From sequence record DRR723986_21860: 64,000 nucleotides of DNA. One strand, given 5' to 3'. The notes beneath the pieces are model-generated. The model did not search any database, was not told the DNA's origin, and was given only the letters and a program-made list of their open reading frames with translations. Shown one piece after another: positions 57,555 through 64,000 of this stretch (position 1 is the first letter of the stretch; every line of letters starts with the position of its first letter). A program made the position numbers and the translations under genes.

Positions 57555-59960
57555 ATGCTCAAAATTGTCAAATTCATAACCGTCTTCTCACTCTTGATAT
57601 CAGGAGTAGGATCTTATGGACAATTGACAACTTCTACAGCAATGACTCCAACCCAATTAGTTCAAAATATTTTGGTAGGTAACGGAGTGGCTGTTTCGAA
57701 CATAACTTATACCGGAAGTGCAAATGCTATTGGTTCATTCAATGGGGCAAGTTCAAATATTGGACTGTCATCTGGGGTAATTTTAACAACTGGAACTGTT
57801 GTTGACAATGGAGATGGACCTCAAGGGCCAAACAATTCGAACAGTTCAGGAACTGACAATGGAGTAGCTGGAAATTCATTGTTAACTAATATTGCGGGAA
57901 ACACGACTTATAACGCTGCTGTACTCGAATTTGATTTCGTGCCGCAATCTGACTCCATTAAATTCAGATATGTTTTTGGTTCAGAAGAATATCCAGAATA
58001 TGTTTGTGCTGATGTAAATGATGTTTTTGCATTTTTTATTTCAGGAAATAATCCTTCAGGCGGAACGTATAACAATCAAAACATAGCACTGGTTCCTGGA
58101 ACATCAACTCCTATCACGATAAATACAGTTAATGGAGGTGTTGAAGGAGCGAATGGAACGGGAAACTGCTCGTCATTCGGATTGTCTAATGCTGCTTTTT
58201 ATGTAGATAACACAAATGGTTCAACAGTACAATATGATGGATTCACAATTCCAATTGAAGCATCAGCTAAAGTAAATTGTGGTGAAACCTACCACTTGAG
58301 AATTGCTATAGCGGATGCCGGGGATGGTGTGTTTGATTCTGGAATTTTTCTTGAGGCAAACAGTCTTAACAGTTTTTTACCCATTCAAATGAATGGTTCA
58401 TTGGCCTTGGATGGCTTTGGAGATGGAACAACAATGGCTGAAGGATGTGAAACGGCGACTGTAACAGTAACAAGAGACCCATCAATGGCTGGTAGTTCTT
58501 TAACAATACCAGTTATGGCTTCAGGTACAGCTACCGAAGGAGTTGATTATGAATCTTTGCCGGCATCTATTACGTTCAATCCGGGACAAACAAGTGTAAG
58601 TTTTGATTTTGATGTGTTTTCTGATGCTTTAGCTGAGGGAGTTGAAACCGTTTTAATTCAATTGGCTCAAGCTGACCCATGTGGAAATAATAATTTCATC
58701 ACATTGCCTTTAAAAATATCGGATGTAGCTGCTTTACAAGCTTCAGTGGCTGATGTAACTGTTCACTGTCCAGGGGAAGATGCAGAACTGAAAGTGGTAG
58801 TTACAGGTGGATTACCTACTTATACTTATAATTGGAGTAGTGGTTCTACTGCCGATAATACCATTGTAAATCCAAATACAACAACTACATATACCGTTAC
58901 GGTTAATGATGCATGTTTGGGTGTTCCAGTCACAACAACAGGAACGGTAAATGTACCAGTTTATCCTCCTCTGATTATGGTGACTTCTAATGACACAACG
59001 GTACTTTGTCCTAATACGCCTCAAACCTTATATGCTGAAGCAACAGGTGGTGAAGGAGTTTACGACTACGAATGGACCGCAAATGGAAACGTGATTTCAA
59101 ATTCAACTTTTGTTGATGTCTCACCAATGGTGACTACAACTTACACAGTTACTGTGACGGATGCTTGTGGTGTAGAAATAGATAAAGACATTACTATTAC
59201 AGTTACCGCATCAGTACTAGAATTAGAAATGAGTCCTGATCAATTAATTTGCCCAGGTGATTCAGCAGATATCTGGGTCATAGCCACTGAAGGTCTAGGA
59301 AATTACACTTACCATTGGCATCACAGTGGTGAAACAACAGATCAAGTGAATGTACGTCCGAATAACACAACCTCATACACAGTTTCAGTAGAAGATGCTT
59401 GTCATACTTATCACATTGATGGAACAACAACTGTGAATGTAGTAAGGCCCCAAGCCAACTTTAATGTCTTGTCGTCCGATCCTATGGAAAATTTACTCGT
59501 ATCATTTCAAAATACCTCAGTAGGCGGCGTTAATTGGTATTGGGATTTAGGGAATGGAGATAACTCTACGCAGAATTCGCCTGGTACAGTCTACAGTCCT
59601 TGGGGTTGGTATAATGTAACATTGATTGCTTACAATGAAATTGGTTGTACAGATACGATAACTAAGCCGGTTTATATTAAACCAGAATTTTATTTCTATG
59701 CACCAAATGCATTTACTCCTGACGGAAATAGATTTAATAATTCTTATGCCGTTTCTGTAATTGGTTCGATAGATTTTGAATTTCAAATATTCAATCGTTG
59801 GGGTGAACTTATTTTTCAAACAGAAGATCCTAACTTTAGATGGGACGGAGATTATCAGGGCAATTTAGTAGCAGATGGCGTTTTGGTCTACAAAGCAAAG
59901 ATTGTTGATCTCGAAGAAAATGTCCATGATTATACTGGGATGATCACCATTCTGCGTTAA
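57555..59960 (+). CDS. Choice-of-anchor L domain protein with Calx-beta-like, Ig/PKD repeats and T9SS type B (gliding-motility-associated) CTD
   Basis: LEFDFVP...FRYVFGSEEYPEY...NDVFAFFISG, YDGFT, DGVFDSGIFLEA; GTATEGVDY; T.TYTVTV.D.C repeats; WDLGNG PKD; APNAFTPDGN..N...IFNRWGE...WDG. Confidence 0.88.
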   Translation: MLKIVKFITVFSLLISGVGSYGQLTTSTAMTPTQLVQNILVGNGVAVSNITYTGSANAIGSFNGASSNIGLSSGVILTTGTVVDNGDGPQGPNNSNSSGTDNGVAGNSLLTNIAGNTTYNAAVLEFDFVPQSDSIKFRYVFGSEEYPEYVCADVNDVFAFFISGNNPSGGTYNNQNIALVPGTSTPITINTVNGGVEGANGTGNCSSFGLSNAAFYVDNTNGSTVQYDGFTIPIEASAKVNCGETYHLRIAIADAGDGVFDSGIFLEANSLNSFLPIQMNGSLALDGFGDGTTMAEGCETATVTVTRDPSMAGSSLTIPVMASGTATEGVDYESLPASITFNPGQTSVSFDFDVFSDALAEGVETVLIQLAQADPCGNNNFITLPLKISDVAALQASVADVTVHCPGEDAELKVVVTGGLPTYTYNWSSGSTADNTIVNPNTTTTYTVTVNDACLGVPVTTTGTVNVPVYPPLIMVTSNDTTVLCPNTPQTLYAEATGGEGVYDYEWTANGNVISNSTFVDVSPMVTTTYTVTVTDACGVEIDKDITITVTASVLELEMSPDQLICPGDSADIWVIATEGLGNYTYHWHHSGETTDQVNVRPNNTTSYTVSVEDACHTYHIDGTTTVNVVRPQANFNVLSSDPMENLLVSFQNTSVGGVNWYWDLGNGDNSTQNSPGTVYSPWGWYNVTLIAYNEIGCTDTITKPVYIKPEFYFYAPNAFTPDGNRFNNSYAVSVIGSIDFEFQIFNRWGELIFQTEDPNFRWDGDYQGNLVADGVLVYKAKIVDLEENVHDYTGMITILR

Positions 59961-59965
59961 AATAT

Positions 59966-59973
59966 TACATTTG
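59966..59973 (+). promoter_or_regulatory. Bacteroidota -7 promoter element (TACATTTG)
   Basis: TAnnTTTG 17 nt upstream of ATG 59991. Confidence 0.5.
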
Positions 59974-59990
59974 TCACCAGATGTAATTGC

Positions 59991-62633
59991 ATGGCTACTA
60001 AGAACTTAATTCGACTTTTATTTATATGCCCGCTTTTTATATTTTTTCAATGTAAAAGCGACCCTCAAGAGGTAATATCGGACGCTCCGATCATTGAAAA
60101 TAATCAATGGGCTGATTCAATTTTTGGGAATTTATCTGCTAAACAGCAGTATCATCAGCATTTTATAGTACAGGTCCCTAAAAGCTATCAAAGCAATGCT
60201 GATAGTCTAGTGAATTGGATAGTTCAGAATGAGCCTGGAGCTATCGAATTGATAAATTGGAATCCAGACAGCATCTCGTATTTAAAAAATCGTTTAGATA
60301 CTTTTACTATTATTCAACCGTTCATTGTAGCAAATTTCTTTGAGATTTTAGACCTTCCCGAATATCCATATTGGAGAGCGACTACTGATGATGATCTTCA
60401 ATTGATGCAAACATTTAGAAAAATGAATGCAGGCTTACTAGATTTCGGAAATAGTTTAGAGCTAAACTCTGAAGATCTTAAATGGATGGATTCACTTGAT
60501 GAAACTCATGGAGTGAAATCGATAACCAATCATTTTTCTGACCGCAACCTCAAAAAAGACTTTAACGAATTTTTAAAAGTAACACGGACTTCAAATCTAC
60601 CCGTACAACTTGATTTAGCACTCCTTGATACTGCTGACTTGAATAAATATAGAGACCTGAATAAATATGATGGCCTCTATGTGGTGAAAACTCCTCAGAC
60701 GAAAATGAATGATCATTTGCAAACTGGGGCTGATCTAATTTATTGTCAGTTAGAAAAAGGCATTCCATTTAATGAATGGAAAGGCCCTGTGAATGAAAAA
60801 CAATTCAATGAGAGTACAAAAAGAATTTTGAATCAAAAGAGCTTTATCATGAAAAATCCGAAGCGGATTAATCTAGATGCTGACTTAAAGTATTCAAAAT
60901 TAAACCTTGCACATAACGCAGTTTCAGTGATATCAAATCAAGCAAACATTCTCCCTGTTACAACTAAGTTCGCGATTTACTCAGAGCAAAAAATGAAATC
61001 CTCTCAGAAAGTCAGAAAAGAGAATCGTGTGAGTTTTAGCCAACAGGAATTGGATCTAAAAGCTATTAAAAAAATCACTAAAACATCAGGTACAAAAGTA
61101 TTGTTCTTGAGTGATACGGTTGATGAAGAATCTCTCAAGCATTTGAATAATTTGGAGGCATCTTCCAAGACGATAGTTTGTTTCTCAAACCCTTCACATT
61201 ACGAGCAATTAAATGAGTCACCAACCTTGATTTTTGTTCCGAATTATACTGATTTTAATGCGGATATTTTTGCGCAGCAATTGGCTGGGAGAATTTCGAT
61301 AAATGGATCTTTTGTAAGAGGAAATGAGTTGATTGAAGGAGAAGAAATAATTGCAAGCAAATTGGCAAGATCGATTCCCGAGTTTACCGGATTAGATTCA
61401 GATACTTTATCACGAATAAACTGGGCGGTTAATAGCGCTATGAGTGGAAGGGCATTCCCAGGCTGTCAGGTATTACTGGCAAAAAACGGATGTATAGTTT
61501 ATGACCGTCAGTTTGGGCATCACTCGTATCAAAGGCAAAAAGTGGTTACGGATGAATCTATCTATGATTTGGCATCACTGACTAAAGTAGTCGCTACCAC
61601 AATGGTGGGAATGAAATTATATGAGCTAGGGGCCTACCAATTAAAAGACAGTTTAGAGGCCTATCTTCCCGATTCTTTAAAGGATCACTTAAGATATCCG
61701 AGTACAATTCGTAACATCACATTTGAAGAATTGTTTATTCATAAAAGTGGAATGCCAGCAGGGTTCCCGATTATTCGATACATGCAGTATACCTCAGAAA
61801 ATGTTGATCGATTTGATAAATATTATTGTGATGTTTCAGATACATCCTATTGCATAGAAGTAGCTGAGAATTTCTTTTTAGAAAAAGAATATGGTGATTC
61901 AATGTGGTTAAAGTTGAATCAAATTTGGTTGGATAAATCCAAGCCTTATAAATACAGTGATGTCAATATGAATACGCTTTACATGATGTTTAAAAGTATT
62001 ATTGGCAAAACTCCAAGAAATTATGGATTTACTGAGCCTGAAAAGAAACTGAAAGAAAAAGATTTATTTGTAGAGTTTCTGTATGAGACTTTTTACAAAC
62101 CTCTGGGCATGAATCGTACACGTTACAAACCATTAAAACATTTTAATGTCAACAGTATCGTTCCAACTGAAGATGAATCCTATTGGCGAAAACAATTGTT
62201 GCAGGGACATGTACATGACCCAAATGCAGCGCTAATGGGAGGTGTAGGAGGTAATGCAGGAATGTTCTCGACAACAAATGATCTAGCAAAATTGTGTCAA
62301 ATGTTGTTGAATTTAGGAGTGTATGATGACCAAAGATACTTGAAGGCAGAAACGGTTAGAAAGTTTACGTCAGCCCAAGAGAATTCGAGCAGAGGATTAG
62401 GGTTCAATAAACGCACCATTTCCACCACCGGATACGGAATGGCTGATTCATCTTCGTTAATGACTTATGGCCATACAGGATTTACTGGTACTTGTTTTTG
62501 GGTCGATCCAGAAGAGGATCTGATTTATATCTTTTTATCTAACCGAGTTCACCCTAAAGTCAATAATAGAATTTATCAATACGGCATCAGAAAACGTATT
62601 CACAATGCGGCCTACGAAGCAAGGTTGAATTGA
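59991..62633 (+). CDS. Lipoprotein: degenerate GH3-like N-terminal region fused to a beta-lactamase-fold serine hydrolase
   Basis: Lipobox-like FFQC; C-domain PGCQV, YDLASLTK (SxxK), YKYSD, G.VHDPNA, YGHTGFTGT, FLSNRVHP; N-domain keeps GH3 scaffold remnants. Confidence 0.82.
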   Translation: MATKNLIRLLFICPLFIFFQCKSDPQEVISDAPIIENNQWADSIFGNLSAKQQYHQHFIVQVPKSYQSNADSLVNWIVQNEPGAIELINWNPDSISYLKNRLDTFTIIQPFIVANFFEILDLPEYPYWRATTDDDLQLMQTFRKMNAGLLDFGNSLELNSEDLKWMDSLDETHGVKSITNHFSDRNLKKDFNEFLKVTRTSNLPVQLDLALLDTADLNKYRDLNKYDGLYVVKTPQTKMNDHLQTGADLIYCQLEKGIPFNEWKGPVNEKQFNESTKRILNQKSFIMKNPKRINLDADLKYSKLNLAHNAVSVISNQANILPVTTKFAIYSEQKMKSSQKVRKENRVSFSQQELDLKAIKKITKTSGTKVLFLSDTVDEESLKHLNNLEASSKTIVCFSNPSHYEQLNESPTLIFVPNYTDFNADIFAQQLAGRISINGSFVRGNELIEGEEIIASKLARSIPEFTGLDSDTLSRINWAVNSAMSGRAFPGCQVLLAKNGCIVYDRQFGHHSYQRQKVVTDESIYDLASLTKVVATTMVGMKLYELGAYQLKDSLEAYLPDSLKDHLRYPSTIRNITFEELFIHKSGMPAGFPIIRYMQYTSENVDRFDKYYCDVSDTSYCIEVAENFFLEKEYGDSMWLKLNQIWLDKSKPYKYSDVNMNTLYMMFKSIIGKTPRNYGFTEPEKKLKEKDLFVEFLYETFYKPLGMNRTRYKPLKHFNVNSIVPTEDESYWRKQLLQGHVHDPNAALMGGVGGNAGMFSTTNDLAKLCQMLLNLGVYDDQRYLKAETVRKFTSAQENSSRGLGFNKRTISTTGYGMADSSSLMTYGHTGFTGTCFWVDPEEDLIYIFLSNRVHPKVNNRIYQYGIRKRIHNAAYEARLN

Positions 62634-62739
62634 CTTCAAGGCTTGTTTGAGTGATCCTTACGGATAGTCAGGATAGTATCGAGAACACATTGAAATCAGT
62701 GGTGCTTTAATTTGTTTTCAGTTAATAAGCGCCAGTTAA

Positions 62740-62856
62740 CTTATTTGTTTCCAGGTTGGAGCCCTTAAAATTTTCGGTCACCGAACGGAGTCCTTTCAAT
62801 TTTTGATCACCAAGTGTAGTCTTTTTAATTTTTGGTCACCGAGCGGAGCCGAGGTG
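62740..62856. repeat. Degenerate 29-bp tandem repeat (3 clear units plus 1 decayed) ending in a REP-like GGTCACCGAGCGGAGCCGAGGTG element
   Basis: Units start at 62740, 62769, 62798 and 62827, e.g. AATTTTCGGTCACCGAACGGAGTCCTTTC / AATTTTTGATCACCAAGTGTAGTCTTTTT / AATTTTTGGTCACCGAGCGGAGCCGAGGT. Confidence 0.75.
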
Positions 62857-62862
62857 CAAAAA

Positions 62863-63648
62863 TTATAAACTTTTTGTTCTACCACCATCAACAGGAATAT
62901 TAATTCCATTGATGTAGCTAGCAGCTGGAGAAGCTAAAAATGCAATAGCATTAGCAACTTCATCAGGTTGAGCAATTCGCTTCATAGGTGATGCGTTACT
63001 CATTTCATTTAGGATTTCATCATACGAACGTCCTGTTTTTGCTGCTTTATTTTCGATTATGGATTTTAATCGAACAGTATTTGTTGCACCCGGAAGAACG
63101 TTGTTTACAGTAATGTTAAATTCACCTAATTCATTTGCCAATGTTTTGCTCCAGTTGGCAACAGCACCTCTAATCGTGTTTGAAACTCCTAAGTTCGGAA
63201 GTGGTTGCTTCACAGAGGTTGAAATAACATTAATTATTCGTCCGTATCCAGACGCCTTCATACTTTCCTTAACCGACTGCACCAAAATTTGATTACAAAT
63301 CAGGTGCATATTAAAGGCAATTCTGAACTCATCAATACTAGCTTCATTTGCTGGTCCTCCAGCTGGCCCTCCAGTATTGTTAATTAAAACATGTATATTC
63401 TTACCAGGCAAAAATTCATCTAATTTAGATTTCAATTCATCTGCTTTCGAGAAATCAGCAACCAAGTATTCGTGATGTTGATTTTCAGGAGTCGGTAACT
63501 CAGCTTGAACAGCTTTTAACTTCTCCTCATTTCGGGCAATTAGAATAATTGTTGCCCCCATAGAAGCCAATTCCATAGCTGTTGCTTTACCAATTCCTTG
63601 TGTACTTCCACAAACAATAGCAGTTTTATCTCCTAAATCTAAATTCAT
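62863..63648 (-). CDS. SDR family oxidoreductase (FabG-like, NNTGGP subgroup)
   Basis: GSTQGIG, INNTGGP, SNTIR in place of YxxxK, NNVLPG, GINIPVDGG. Confidence 0.9.
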   Translation of the reverse strand: MNLDLGDKTAIVCGSTQGIGKATAMELASMGATIILIARNEEKLKAVQAELPTPENQHHEYLVADFSKADELKSKLDEFLPGKNIHVLINNTGGPAGGPANEASIDEFRIAFNMHLICNQILVQSVKESMKASGYGRIINVISTSVKQPLPNLGVSNTIRGAVANWSKTLANELGEFNITVNNVLPGATNTVRLKSIIENKAAKTGRSYDEILNEMSNASPMKRIAQPDEVANAIAFLASPAASYINGINIPVDGGRTKSL

Positions 63649-63664
63649 GCTGTTTAATTTGTTT

Positions 63665-63731
63665 CAAAAGTAATAACATCCGTGAATATGACATGGCTCA
63701 ATTAAGAATCAGTTCAATTGTTGTATTTTTG
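63665..63731. promoter_or_regulatory. Divergent -7 promoter elements (TACTTTTG minus 63665-63672; TATTTTTG plus 63724-63731)
   Basis: Both match TAnnTTTG shortly upstream of their start codons. Confidence 0.5.
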
Positions 63732-63749
63732 AAATCAAATTAGAAGATT

Positions 63750-64000
63750 ATGAAAAGATTTTTTGCTGGCGTTATAACGGTATTGCTTTTCTCTTGTGGA
63801 GAGGAAAAAGGGAGTAGTGGAGTTGTCGAAGAAGTTGAAGAATCTATTATGTATTTTACTGAATTAAGTGCCAATGAAACAGGTATTTCTTTTTCCAATG
63901 ACATTACAGAAACTGATTCCTTTAATTATTTCAATTATGAGTATATGTATAATGGAGGAGGGGTTGCAGTTGGTGATGTGAATAATGATGGGCTTGAAGA
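63750..64000 (+). CDS. 5' part of an FG-GAP/VCBS repeat lipoprotein (CRTAC1/ASPIC-UnbV-like), runs off the window; not in the ORF track
   Basis: Manual translation MKRFFAGVITVLLFSCGEE...ETGISFSNDITE...YMYNGGGVAVGDVNNDGLE. Confidence 0.85.
   Translation, partial: MKRFFAGVITVLLFSCGEEKGSSGVVEEVEESIMYFTELSANETGISFSNDITETDSFNYFNYEYMYNGGGVAVGDVNNDGLE

Noticed and set aside
59991-62633. Antibiotic-resistance beta-lactamase
   Set aside because: SxxK/HTG plus G.VHD.NA and a GH3-like fusion point to the AmiE-like peptidoglycan-recycling hydrolase group; the fold alone does not show resistance.
62740-62856. Possible mini CRISPR array
   Set aside because: Units are head-to-tail with no unique spacers, are degenerate, and no cas genes are in the window.
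1577-63292. The many 60-125 aa ORFs nested in or antisense to long genes (e.g. 3825-4148, 4557-4934, 25634-26011, 43953-44183, 48400-48726, 56270-56512)
   Set aside because: They overlap well-supported genes, mostly have non-ATG starts and show no recognisable motifs; treated as shadow ORFs.

Overview
Chromosomal window from an AT-rich Bacteroidota genome. Flavobacteriales is inferred from TAnnTTTG promoters, T9SS cargo, sprA and the act-cox operon. Layout: (1) 0.8-13.1 kb, a complete alternative complex III operon (actA-F) followed by heme-copper oxidase subunits II and I; ActC carries an unusual C-terminal helix-hairpin-helix domain, and several subunits have His/acidic tails. (2) An ORF interrupted by one in-frame TGA, then ruvB and queG. 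(3) 16.3-40.4 kb, a copper/redox-themed accessory region: two coupled multicopper-oxidase-domain genes with complementary copper-ligand sets, seven T9SS type A cargo proteins (with CxxCH, CxCC, CxxC or His/Met motifs), a HYC_CC_PP-cusA-tolC-araC-copA-cusB copper-efflux cluster, and a tlpA-DUF6029-omp28 thiol cluster. (4) cobB, maeB-ruvA-sprA, GNAT, prenyltransferase, MMPL transporter, M23 peptidase, a T9SS type B adhesin-like protein, a degenerate-GH3/serine-hydrolase fusion, a REP-like tandem repeat, an SDR and the start of an FG-GAP lipoprotein. No rRNA, tRNA, CRISPR array, transposase or integrase was seen. The best candidates for an undescribed system are a split, T9SS-linked multicopper oxidase within a surface copper/redox module and a putative trans-outer-membrane thiol relay. 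All family calls come from motif recognition by eye, not database searches.
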